Assembly (NCBI GenBank): GCA_965242865.1
Contig: CBDETK010000013.1
Location: forward strand, 1,600,001-1,664,000
Reading direction: 5' to 3'
Length of the DNA: 64,000 nucleotides
Origin: Candidatus Latescibacterota bacterium
GTDB taxonomy: Bacteria; Latescibacterota; UBA2968; UBA8231
Shown in pieces: positions 8,996 through 17,876 of this stretch (its first letter is position 1; each line of letters begins with the position of its first letter). Below the pieces are notes generated by a model, which saw only the letters and a program-made list of their open reading frames with translations, searched no databases and was not told the DNA's origin. The position numbers and the translations under genes were made by a program.

Positions 8996-9817
8996 CTATA
9001 ATGCCAACCTCAAGTTCTGGTTGAGTTTCTTCTGGAGCTCCTCGTAATACGGCTCATGTAGCTCAATGCCGATGACATGACGTCCCTTGTCAAGCGCGGC
9101 AAACGCTGTTGTCCCCGAGCCAATAAACGGATCCAACACTACATCGCCGGGATCGGTAAACAAATCTATAAACCACTCTGGCAACCAGCGTGGAAAAGCC
9201 GCACTATGGCTGCGGTTGGAACATTCCGTAGCTCGATGCAGCACATTGGTGGGATACACCTTATCGCGTCCCAGCCAGTTTTCTACCTTCTTGCCAAAGC
9301 CACTGCCGACTTTGGACTCGTCGCGCTGGCGATCCGTCGCGCTTAGGTTGTTCATTCGATTCACATACCAGTCGCCCACCGGAACCATCACGGCTTCTTG
9401 GTTCATCTTGAATTTGCGCTGCTTGTTGAACTGCAACAGCCGCTCCCAAGAATCCCGGAAACGGTTCGGCCACTTGCCGGGATAGCAGTTTTTTTTGTGC
9501 CATACAAATTCCTCCGTCCACAGCCAACCCCGCTGCCGCAGGGCCAAGATCAATTCCAGCACATAGGTGTGTCGCTCCCCTTTAACAGCACATTCCTTGA
9601 TGTTCAAAATGAAGGTGCCGCTCGGCTTGAGGACGCGCTGTAGTTCATCGGCAATCGGCAAAAACCAAGCCACATAATTGTCCGGATTCACCCCGCCATA
9701 GGTGCTGGCACGCTGATTGGCATAAGGCGGCGAAGTAACGATCAAGTCAACGGAATCCGCCGCGACACCGCCGAGCTTGGCGCGGCAGCCCCCGAACAAA
9801 ATGGTAGAAGTAGGCAT
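8996..9817 (-). CDS. Beta-class N4-C/N6-A DNA methyltransferase, solitary
   Basis: LIVTSPPY then HSAAFP and VLDPFIGSGTT; SPPY suggests m4C. Confidence 0.9.
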   Translation of the reverse strand: MPTSTILFGGCRAKLGGVAADSVDLIVTSPPYANQRASTYGGVNPDNYVAWFLPIADELQRVLKPSGTFILNIKECAVKGERHTYVLELILALRQRGWLWTEEFVWHKKNCYPGKWPNRFRDSWERLLQFNKQRKFKMNQEAVMVPVGDWYVNRMNNLSATDRQRDESKVGSGFGKKVENWLGRDKVYPTNVLHRATECSNRSHSAAFPRWLPEWFIDLFTDPGDVVLDPFIGSGTTAFAALDKGRHVIGIELHEPYYEELQKKLNQNLRLAL

Positions 9818-10126
9818 ATCAATCTCCTTTAACGTATTCTATCCAAGACCACATAGCCCTCATCCGGCGAAAAATGCGGATGCGTGTGCTGCGACGCATA
9901 GACCTCAACCGGGCCGTCGTCCGGGCAGTGGGGCAAAGCGGAAGAAGCTCTCCGCCACTCGTCCCCTGTTCGCCCGCCTATCGCCTATAGTCTGCGTCTC
10001 TCGACTGCATTCCTTTAGCTAAGTGAAGCGGGGAATTAAGAGCGGAGCACTAGGCGCGTCAAGCGAATCGCGTTGCGGCAGGTGGCGGCACAGACTAGAT
10101 TAAACTCCCTAGCACAGCAGACGCCA

Positions 10127-10744
10127 ATGGCTAAAATTTTCATTTATTGGGACACCTCCAACATCTTCATCAGCGCACAAGAGGCCGCGGTGGAGCGAGA
10201 GGGCGAGCAGGTGCGGTCGCGGATGCGCATTCACTTCCGCAATCTGCTGGCCTTGGCCCGCGCCAACCGCCCAGTGCAACACGCGGTTGCCGTCGGCTCC
10301 ATTCCGCCCGAGATGCGCCAAGTGTGGAATCGCCTCGAAAACGAAGGCGTTACCGTTGAATTGTTGGAGCGCGGCCGGGTGCAAGGCGGTGAGCAGGGCG
10401 TGGACCAACTCTTGCAGACGCAGATGCTCCGCGATACCGTTGACTACAACGGCGACCCCGGCATCGCAGTGCTGCTGACCGGAGACGGCAGCGGCTTTAC
10501 CGACGGCGTCGGCTTTCACGCGGACTTAGAGCGCATGCACCGCAAAGGCTGGCGTATCGAAGTGCTGTCGTGGCGGCACAGTTGCAACCGGCGCATGCGG
10601 GAATGGGCCGAAAGCGTGGGCCTGTTTATCGCGCTGGATGACTACTACGAGAGCATCACCTTTCTGGAGGAGCCGCTCCCCGGTCGCCCGGTCGCCGACC
10701 CGCGCTACGCAGTGCCGCTCAACCTAGAGCGCGATCCGCGCTAG
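10127..10744 (+). CDS. NYN/LabA-DUF88 PIN-like nuclease
   Basis: IYWDTSNI, EQGVDQLL, VLLTGDGSG, GWRIEVLSW acidic PIN-type motifs. Confidence 0.85.
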   Translation: MAKIFIYWDTSNIFISAQEAAVEREGEQVRSRMRIHFRNLLALARANRPVQHAVAVGSIPPEMRQVWNRLENEGVTVELLERGRVQGGEQGVDQLLQTQMLRDTVDYNGDPGIAVLLTGDGSGFTDGVGFHADLERMHRKGWRIEVLSWRHSCNRRMREWAESVGLFIALDDYYESITFLEEPLPGRPVADPRYAVPLNLERDPR

Positions 10745-10803
10745 GCCTGCAACCCGCGTTTAGCCAACGCGGTTTCCATCACCCAACACCAAGGAAGACC
10801 AAC

Positions 10804-12057
10804 ATGACTGCCCGCATCACGCACGTCGAACGCTTTACCCTACAAGTGCCGTTTGTCGAGCGCGTCCGCCGCGACATGGAACGCGCTGGCATTCACACCT
10901 GGTCCGAGCTTGAAATCACCCGCGTCGAAACCGACGCCGGCGTCGTCGGCTGGGGCGAGACCATTCAGAACTATACTTGGGGTCGCGTCCAAGCCCACGA
11001 GCGCGTCGTCGGCCAATCGCCCTTTGCCGCTATGTGGGACGACTCCTTGGGCGCGGGCCTACAGATGGCCCTTTTCGACGCTGCCGGCAAACTGGCCGGT
11101 GTGCCGCTCTATAAGCTGTTGGGCACCAAGTGCCGCGACTGGTGCGCCATCTCGTTTTGGGACCACGATATGACGCCGGAACGATACGCCATTGAGGCGC
11201 AAACCGCAGTGGCCCTCGGCTACACCTGCATGAAAATCAAGACTCGGCCGTGGTTCGACGTGCGCGAGACCATCCGCCAAATCAGTGCCGTCACGCCCGA
11301 TCACTTCCGCATCGACGCCGACTGGAACGCCTTTTTGAACAATGCCTCCAACGCCATCCCCCTGCTGCGCGAACTGGAGCAGACCTTCCCCAAAATCAAA
11401 ATTTTTGAAGACCCAATTCCACGCCACGACGCCTCTGGCAACCGCTTCCTCCGCACCCAGATCAACACGGCCATCGCCCACCACTACGGCGCGATCCACC
11501 CCCGCGAGGGCTTGGAATTGGGCGGCGTCTGCGATGGCTGGGTCTTGGGCGGCGGCGTCAACGAGATCACCTGCCAAGGCCGCACGTGCGCGGCCCTGCG
11601 GATGCCCTTTTTCCTGCAAATGGTCGGGGCCGGGCCGACCACTGCACTCTCCCTGCATTTGAGCGCGGTGTTAGTCCAAGCCCAGTGGCCCACCATCACC
11701 TGCCACGAGCTGTACGAGCACAGCCTGCTCAAGCAGCGGATCGAGGTCATCGGCGGCCACGCCCGGGTGCCCGAAGCCCCGGGTTTGGGCATTGAAATAG
11801 ACGAAGAGGCACTGGCAAAATACCGCGTCGATCAAGCCGATCATCGCCTGCCCAAACGGCTGATTAAGGTCACCCGCGCTGGCGGCATCAACATCTACTT
11901 TGCCAACTCCGGGCAGAAGTGGGCCTTCTTCCAGAGCGGCAACCATCCGGTTGACGAATGGGGCTCGAACACCGAACTGCTCGACGACGACAGCAGTACC
12001 GAATTCGCCGACCTCTATGCCCGTGCGGCCGAGTCGCCGGTGCTGACGGCGGAATGA
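10804..12057 (+). CDS. Mandelate racemase/muconate lactonizing enolase superfamily
   Basis: VETDAGVVGWGE, ALFDAAGKLAGVP, KIK, IDAD, FEDP, PEAPGLGIEID. Confidence 0.88.
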   Translation: MTARITHVERFTLQVPFVERVRRDMERAGIHTWSELEITRVETDAGVVGWGETIQNYTWGRVQAHERVVGQSPFAAMWDDSLGAGLQMALFDAAGKLAGVPLYKLLGTKCRDWCAISFWDHDMTPERYAIEAQTAVALGYTCMKIKTRPWFDVRETIRQISAVTPDHFRIDADWNAFLNNASNAIPLLRELEQTFPKIKIFEDPIPRHDASGNRFLRTQINTAIAHHYGAIHPREGLELGGVCDGWVLGGGVNEITCQGRTCAALRMPFFLQMVGAGPTTALSLHLSAVLVQAQWPTITCHELYEHSLLKQRIEVIGGHARVPEAPGLGIEIDEEALAKYRVDQADHRLPKRLIKVTRAGGINIYFANSGQKWAFFQSGNHPVDEWGSNTELLDDDSSTEFADLYARAAESPVLTAE

Positions 12058-12127
12058 GGCGGCGGAGCGCGAGTTGGAGTCGTGTCGATTTCGATTTAAG
12101 AAAAGGTAGTGGCTACTTTGACATAAA

Positions 12128-12160
12128 AACCCCCGTGCCAGCGTGATTGACACGGGGGTT
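12128..12160. terminator. Hairpin between convergent genes (likely terminator)
   Basis: aacccccgtgcca-gcgtgat-tgacacgggggtt stem preceded by an A-run. Confidence 0.6.
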
Positions 12161-12193
12161 GCTTGCAAATTCATCGCCTCCTCGTCCTTATGT

Positions 12194-12412
12194 CTAGCCC
12201 TTGCGTTGAAACAGATAGGGAGCGGCCCATTGCACGATTAAAGAAGCAATGGCAACGAAAACCGGGATAGCCCAAATCAAGATGCTCAATTGCCCTTCAA
12301 TAGAAGCTATTTGCACGAGCAACTCCGACTTAGCCTCGGCAATATCAGATTTGGTCGCCAGATGATTGAGCACCCCCTCTATGCGACCCACGCGATCACT
12401 CAGATCGGACAT
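12194..12412 (-). CDS. Small coiled-coil + C-terminal TM protein (DUF1640/XhlA-like)
   Basis: RVGRIEGVLNHLATKSDI followed by a hydrophobic helix; AAAAGAGG RBS. Confidence 0.65.
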   Translation of the reverse strand: MSDLSDRVGRIEGVLNHLATKSDIAEAKSELLVQIASIEGQLSILIWAIPVFVAIASLIVQWAAPYLFQRKG

Positions 12413-12501
12413 AGCAGCCTCTTTTTGATCGTAATGAATTGTACTACTTGTACACTGTCAACAACCGTCTAGGTAGCATGGCCAAAACGAATATCTACCA
12501 C

Positions 12502-12554
12502 CTGGGATCGAGGGCGTCCCGCCCTCGACGAGGGCAAGATACCCTCGATCCTTG
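12502..12554. repeat. REP-doublet palindromic element
   Basis: ggatcgagggcgtcccgccctcga-cgagggcaagataccctcgatcc; a 15-bp core recurs inverted at 60856-60870. Confidence 0.65.
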
Positions 12555-12633
12555 GAAGGCTGGAGGCTGGTGTCGTGTAGTAAGGGGATTTATTTGTTCT
12601 TTTTTGATACGCCGGACCGGTTCCGCTCCTGTG

Positions 12634-12900
12634 GCGTGGCACACCGACTGGTGCGGCTATTCGACCGCGATCAAGCATTCGGGCGACGTTCTCAATCGCG
12701 GGTCGTGGCTGTCGGGCAAGTGGTTCTATCTGACCGGGTCGCGGCCCGAGTACGGCGGCCTGTGCGTGATTGAGGATTCTCACGCTGAGGGCTGGGAGGG
12801 ACCGGAGGGGTTTCGCATGACGGCTGACCGGCGGTCCTTCTACCCGGAGGGCGCGGAGGAGCGCGCCTACAACGGCATTGACCCGAAGACACGGTGGAGG
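12634..12900 (+). pseudogene. Internal fragment of a PhyH-family dioxygenase
   Basis: WHTDW...WFYLTGSRPEYGGLCVIEDSH matches the HxD and GGL.VIPGSH segments; no start and no distal His. Confidence 0.65.
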
Positions 12901-13034
12901 GGCTGCGGCAGAAGGATCTTTATTGAAGCAAAGCCGCTTGAATCGCGCCCGAATTTTCGTATCTTCCTCTTCGGCTGTCGGACGCCGCTCCGCGTCCGAC
13001 AGGGGCTTTTTCCATCTATTCACAGGAGTTGACC

Positions 13035-13262
13035 ATGAGCACCCCGACGCTGGATCAGAACCTCGACCGCGACCTTGACCGCCGTGTAGGACGGCTTGAA
13101 GGCATCGCCGAACAACTGGACAAGCGTTTTGATAGCGTGGACAAGCGTTTTGACTCGATGGACAAGCGGCTGGATCGCATAGAAGCAGCGCAACGGTGGA
13201 TCATCGGCCTGCTAATCACGTCGCTGCTCGGTCAGTTCGCCTTGAAGCTGTGGTTCGGCTGA
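13035..13262 (+). CDS. Small coiled-coil + TM protein (XhlA/DUF1640-like)
   Basis: LDKRFDSVDKRFDSMDKRLD heptads then WIIGLLITSLLG; AGGAG RBS. Confidence 0.7.
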   Translation: MSTPTLDQNLDRDLDRRVGRLEGIAEQLDKRFDSVDKRFDSMDKRLDRIEAAQRWIIGLLITSLLGQFALKLWFG

Positions 13263-13434
13263 GGCCGTAGCTGTGGCGCGTGCAATCGCCGAGCAGTTAG
13301 ACCGCCGCTTGGACCGTCTTGAGCGTACTGCCGAACGGCGGCAAGCTATCGACGCTACCAATCGCCGCATCGATAGGGACTAAGCCGCTCTCACGTAAAC
13401 CAACAGCCGATCATGTACATGACTGGCGAAAGCG

Positions 13435-13471
13435 AAGGCCCCGATGGTATTTCTACCGTCGGGGCCTTTTT
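13435..13471 (+). terminator. Rho-independent terminator
   Basis: aaggccccgatggta-tttc-taccgtcggggcc-ttttt. Confidence 0.85.
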
Positions 13472-13582
13472 GTGTTCGTCTTCTTTGGGCTGCTTGTCAT
13501 CTGTGTTAGGAGATTTTTTAAGACGGAGCAATTTTTTGATTGACAAGGGCGGAATATATCCTTTTTTATTTCGCTGTCTCCA

Positions 13583-13710
13583 TTAGTAGTGCCCGCCTTG
13601 TCGGGTCACTTGCTGAATTAAAATAGCCTTTCTTCGGCACAGGGGTGGCTCCCTGACGCCCGGCAAATAGGCAGGACTTCTCACTTCACTACGCGAGTTA
13701 GTTCGCACAG
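13583..13710 (+). ncRNA. Candidate structured leader/ncRNA upstream of HEPN gene
   Basis: Consecutive hairpins: TTAGTAGTGCCCG/CGGGTCACTTGCTGA, GCC/GGC, CAGGGG/TCCCTG, GCGA/TCGC; TTGACA at 13540-13545; family not recognised. Confidence 0.35.
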
Positions 13711-13739
13711 ACGAGTTGCTAATCAGGAGTAAGAAACTG

Positions 13740-14342
13740 ATGCCAACGCAAGACAAATCAAAGCGGTCCTTTTTAAAGCCGCACCTTAAGCAAGAGTACA
13801 ATAAATGTTCACAAGAAATACAGGAGTATTTTGAACACATTCCGAAGCTATTGGACGAGTTTCCAATAGAGGTGTGCCTCGCCTACGTATTCTCCCGCTT
13901 GGAACTGGGTCAAAACATGGCACTCTATTGTGGCGCAGTGAAGATCTATCGAGTTGATTCCGAACTCGCAAGAAAAGCAGTCGACAAACAACACATGACT
14001 CGCGATAAATTTGTTGAGTTCTATGAGATTATATTCGAGATTCCTCTTCCGAACACCGCACGAAAGGATTTGGAAAAAGCAGAAAAAACTAGAGACAGTA
14101 TTATGCACGGTAAGATGGCAGATGGTGACGATATCCGAAAAGCTATCGCGTGTGTTCTCAAGTATGCGGAAGAGGTCAACAAAGAATTGCACGAGAAACA
14201 TCAACTGAAGCCGTTCGGCAATCTGAGAGGGTTTGCTGGCCGATTAAAAAAGCTCGACAGGCAAACGAGTCAGTTCGTATTGGAGGGTATGGGTTTTCCT
14301 CCACTTAGTCGTAAAAAAGTAAAGAATAAGACGACGACATGA
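13740..14342 (+). CDS. Putative HEPN-domain RNase (standalone)
   Basis: Helical-looking 200-aa protein with an upstream E helix (SRLELG) and RDSIMHG (Rx4H); lower GC; AGGAG RBS. Confidence 0.6.
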   Translation: MPTQDKSKRSFLKPHLKQEYNKCSQEIQEYFEHIPKLLDEFPIEVCLAYVFSRLELGQNMALYCGAVKIYRVDSELARKAVDKQHMTRDKFVEFYEIIFEIPLPNTARKDLEKAEKTRDSIMHGKMADGDDIRKAIACVLKYAEEVNKELHEKHQLKPFGNLRGFAGRLKKLDRQTSQFVLEGMGFPPLSRKKVKNKTTT

Positions 14343-14388
14343 GCGAGAGACGGAAGGTGAACCTACTCTGGCCCCAGTGAGTCGCTCC

Positions 14389-15822
14389 ATGCACTTCGAC
14401 GCCTACGATCTCGACGCCGCAATCTACGATGAAATGTTCCAGCCCGACGGTGCGCCCCGCGAAGACTGTCGTCCGCTATACGACGCCCTGCGCCGGTTTT
14501 CCGCCGACGAGCTCGGCGCGATCCAAGAGCGGGTAACGCACTCCTTTTCTACCGAAGGCATCACCTTCACCGTCTATGGGGACGACGAGGCCGACGAGCG
14601 CATCATTCCCATCGACTGCGTTCCCCGGATCCTTTCCGGTGCTGAGTGGCGGCATCTCGAAAGCGGCCTGACCCAGCGCATCAGTGCTCTCAATCGCTTC
14701 CTAGCGGATGTGTACAGCGAGGCCCGCATCATCGCCGATGGCGTAATCCCGGCCGATGTGGTGCGCGGCTGTCCCCAGTACCGCACTGAAATGCGCGGCG
14801 TCTCCGTGCCCCACGGTATCTGGGTCGCTGTCTGCGGCACGGACTTGGTGCGTACCCACAATGGCTTCCTAGTGCTCGAAGACAACCTGCGGGTGCCCTC
14901 GGGGGTGTCCTATATGATCGCCAACCGCAAGGTGGTGAAGACCAGCTTGCGCCGCCTCTACCGGAGCTGCCGAGTGCGGGAGGTCGAACACTACGGCCAA
15001 GCACTGCTCGAAACCATGCGCGACCTCGCCCCCGGTGGACGCACCGACCCTTGCATCGTCCTGCTCTCGCCCGGAGTCTACAACTCGGCCTTTTACGAAC
15101 ACCTATTCCTCGCGCAAGAAATCGGCGCCGAGCTCGTAGAAGGCCGCGACCTGCTAGTCAACGACGGCTTCGTGTACATGCGCACCACCAAGGGGCTGCG
15201 GCGCGTCGATGTGATTTACCGCCGAGTCGATGACGACTTCCTCGACCCCCTCGTCTTTCGCCCAGACTCCCTGCTCGGGGTGCCCGGGCTGCTCCACGCT
15301 TACAAACTCGGCAACGTGGCCTTGGGCAACGCGCCCGGCACAGGAGTCGCCGACGACAAGAGCGTGTACGCCTACGTGCCCGACATGATCCGCTATTACT
15401 TGGGGGAAGAGCCGCTGCTGCCCAACGTCGAGACCCACCTCTGCCGCCGGCCCGAGGATCTAGAGTACACCCTCGACAACCTAGAAAACTTGGTGGTCAA
15501 GCGCGTGGGCGAGTCCGGGGGCTACGGCATGTTGATCGGCCCCCACGCCACGCCCGAGGAGCGCGCCGAGTACGCCAAGCAGGTCCGCGCCGACCCGGCC
15601 GACTTCATCGCCCAGCCAGTCCAAGCCCTGTCCCGCGCACCCTGCCTGATTGAAGGCCGCTTTGAACCGCGTCACGTCGATCTGCGTCCCTTCGTGCTCC
15701 ACGGCCGCCAGACGCGCATCGTGCCCGGGGGGTTCTGCCGCGTGGCCTTGCGCCGGGGCAGCTTGGTCGTCAACTCCAGCCAAGGGGGCGGCGGCAAAGA
15801 CCTTTGGGTACTGGAGGACTGA
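14389..15822 (+). CDS. Circularly permuted type 2 ATP-grasp ligase
   Basis: GITFTVY, VLEDNLRVPSGVSY, NSAFYEH, GTGVADDK, SGGYGMLIG, NSSQGGGGKD. Confidence 0.95.
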   Translation: MHFDAYDLDAAIYDEMFQPDGAPREDCRPLYDALRRFSADELGAIQERVTHSFSTEGITFTVYGDDEADERIIPIDCVPRILSGAEWRHLESGLTQRISALNRFLADVYSEARIIADGVIPADVVRGCPQYRTEMRGVSVPHGIWVAVCGTDLVRTHNGFLVLEDNLRVPSGVSYMIANRKVVKTSLRRLYRSCRVREVEHYGQALLETMRDLAPGGRTDPCIVLLSPGVYNSAFYEHLFLAQEIGAELVEGRDLLVNDGFVYMRTTKGLRRVDVIYRRVDDDFLDPLVFRPDSLLGVPGLLHAYKLGNVALGNAPGTGVADDKSVYAYVPDMIRYYLGEEPLLPNVETHLCRRPEDLEYTLDNLENLVVKRVGESGGYGMLIGPHATPEERAEYAKQVRADPADFIAQPVQALSRAPCLIEGRFEPRHVDLRPFVLHGRQTRIVPGGFCRVALRRGSLVVNSSQGGGGKDLWVLED

Positions 15823-15827
15823 CCCCA

Positions 15828-16853
15828 ATGCTCTCGCGCAGCGCACAAAGCCTCTATTGGCTGGGCCGCTACCTAGAGCGGGCAGAGCACCTGTGCCGCT
15901 TGCTCCAGTTGCAGGTGGAGGCTTTGGTCGATCGGCCGCTCTCGGAGATTTATTTCGGCTGGAGCCGGCTCTACGCCGGTCTGAGCCGGCAGCCGCCCGG
16001 GGGCGACCTCGAATCCGGCGAAAGCGACGATTACACCCTCGCCGATTCCTACACCTTGGCCGGCGATCTCACGTTTGATCGCGACAATCTCGATTCAGTG
16101 CGCAACTGCTTTGCCCTCGGCCGGGAGAACGCCCGCCAAGTGCGCCACTGCATTAGCTCCGAAATGTGGACCTGCCTGAACTTGGCTTGGCTGCGGCTCT
16201 GCGATCTCGACATCGAGGATATTTGGAAGGTGTCGCCGGAAAACTTCTACGCAGAGACTACGCGGGAGATCAACACCTTCACCGGGGTGGCCGAAGCAAC
16301 CATGTACCGCGACGAGGGCTGGCGTTTTATGCGGCTCGGACGGTTCATTGAACGCGCCCAGTTGCGGGTCGCCTTGCTCCTCGCCCAGCTCGCGGCCGGC
16401 CGCACCCAGGGCGAAACCTCGGACGCCGACTGGACGAGCCTGCTGCGTTCATGCCAAGCATTCGACGCGTACAAACGCAGCTACAGCGTCGAGATCCAGC
16501 CGGATCAAGTGCTGGACCTGCTCGTCGCCGATCCCCTGCTGCCCGGCTCGCTGTGCCGCGCACTCGACGCGCTGGCAGCGGAACTGGCGGCCATTGGTGC
16601 GCGCTCTAACGCACGCACCGGGGCGGCGGTTGCGTCTTTTGTGCCTTTTGTGCCTCCTGTGGCCAACGCGAGCACCGGCGCAGCCGCCGAGCGACTCGCC
16701 GGCCGGCTATGCGCCCTAATCCGCTACGAGTGGCCGGACCGGAGCGACCGCGAAGCCCTCCTCGCGCAAGTGGGCGAGCACTGCCGGAAGCTCCACGAGC
16801 TCGTGACCGCCGCGTACATCGCGTACGCCATTGAGGACTCCCCGGTACACTGA
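15828..16853 (+). CDS. Alpha-E domain protein (DUF403)
   Basis: MLSRSAQSLYWLGRYLERAE and GWRFMRLGRFIERA (two ER motifs). Confidence 0.93.
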   Translation: MLSRSAQSLYWLGRYLERAEHLCRLLQLQVEALVDRPLSEIYFGWSRLYAGLSRQPPGGDLESGESDDYTLADSYTLAGDLTFDRDNLDSVRNCFALGRENARQVRHCISSEMWTCLNLAWLRLCDLDIEDIWKVSPENFYAETTREINTFTGVAEATMYRDEGWRFMRLGRFIERAQLRVALLLAQLAAGRTQGETSDADWTSLLRSCQAFDAYKRSYSVEIQPDQVLDLLVADPLLPGSLCRALDALAAELAAIGARSNARTGAAVASFVPFVPPVANASTGAAAERLAGRLCALIRYEWPDRSDREALLAQVGEHCRKLHELVTAAYIAYAIEDSPVH

Positions 16854-16855
16854 CC

Positions 16856-17731
16856 ATGACCGGAGCCGTCCGTTATGAGATCGAACACATCTCTCGCTAC
16901 TGCTACACCGCCCCAGTACAGCAGTGCGTGATGCTCCTCTGTCTGGAGCCGCGCAAAGGCCGGGGGCAGCGGCTGCTCAACTTCGAGATTGAGACGCAAC
17001 CCCCGGCCAGCCTAACCCGCACGACGGATTGTTTTGGCAACGCGCGCCATCTGCTCGATCTCCACCGAGCGCACCAAACGTTGGAGATCGCGACCCGCTC
17101 CACGGTCGAGGCGACGCCCGCGCCGCCGCTCCCAAGACGCTTGCCCACCGGGGCTTGGGAGGCCCTCGGCACCCGCGAAGGTTCCTTCGCCGATTGGGAC
17201 TTCACGCATCCGAGTGCTCTGGTGCGTCCCTCGCCTGCGCTCGCCGCGTTTGTCGAGCGGCATCGCATCGCGCCGCTGGACGACCCGCTCGAAAGCCTGC
17301 TGCAACTGTCGCACGCGCTCCACCGCTGCTTGCACTACATCCCGGGCAGCACCTCAGCGGAATCCCCGGTCGAGCACATCCTCGAAACAGGCCGGGGAGT
17401 CTGCCAAGACTACACTCACCTCATGCTCGCCATCGCCCGCTCTTGGGGCATCCCCGCCCGCTATGTCTCGGGCTATTTGCACTCAGCCCAATCCAGCGAA
17501 CAGGCTTTGAACAACGCTACGCACGCTTGGGTCGAATGCCGGTTGCCAGAGCTTGGCTGGGTCGGCTTTGATCCGACCAACCAGCACCTCGCCGGCACGG
17601 GCAATGTGTGCATCGCCATTGGGCGCGACTACCGAGACGTGTCGCCGACGCGCGGCGTCCGCCAAGGCGGCGGAGCAACCCACCTCGAAATCGAGGTGCG
17701 AATGCGCGCGCTCCCCATTGCATCGCCCTAG
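16856..17731 (+). CDS. Transglutaminase-like protein
   Basis: GVCQDYTH, ARYVSGYL, THAWVE, GFDPTN (Cys-His-Asp triad). Confidence 0.95.
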   Translation: MTGAVRYEIEHISRYCYTAPVQQCVMLLCLEPRKGRGQRLLNFEIETQPPASLTRTTDCFGNARHLLDLHRAHQTLEIATRSTVEATPAPPLPRRLPTGAWEALGTREGSFADWDFTHPSALVRPSPALAAFVERHRIAPLDDPLESLLQLSHALHRCLHYIPGSTSAESPVEHILETGRGVCQDYTHLMLAIARSWGIPARYVSGYLHSAQSSEQALNNATHAWVECRLPELGWVGFDPTNQHLAGTGNVCIAIGRDYRDVSPTRGVRQGGGATHLEIEVRMRALPIASP

Positions 17732-17824
17732 GCGCAGACTTTAATTGAGGGCAATCAACCCTATCACCTGAGAGGGCATTATGGATACGCTCAAGCGACT
17801 CAGCGGCATGTTTCTAAAGCCCTC

Positions 17825-17853
17825 TTTGTGCCTTTTGTGCCTTTTGTGGCCAA
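17825..17853. repeat. Short (TTTTGTGCC)n repeat element
   Basis: tttgtgccttttgtgccttttgtggccaa; second copy at about 16637-16666 inside the alpha-E gene. Confidence 0.7.
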
Positions 17854-17876
17854 TCAAGCCCCGAGCCGTGCGCCTT

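Noticed and set aside
9870-10070. 6S RNA or a known riboswitch
   Set aside because: The hairpin is plausible but no recognisable consensus or typical synteny is visible; kept only as an unassigned structure.
12439-13032. 197-aa ORF as a real gene
   Set aside because: It is a chimeric read-through of a REP doublet, AT-rich spacer and a PhyH fragment.
13396-13434. Small hairpin (cagccgatcatgtacatgactggcg) before the terminator as an sRNA
   Set aside because: Too short and unassignable by eye; may simply be part of the 3' UTR.
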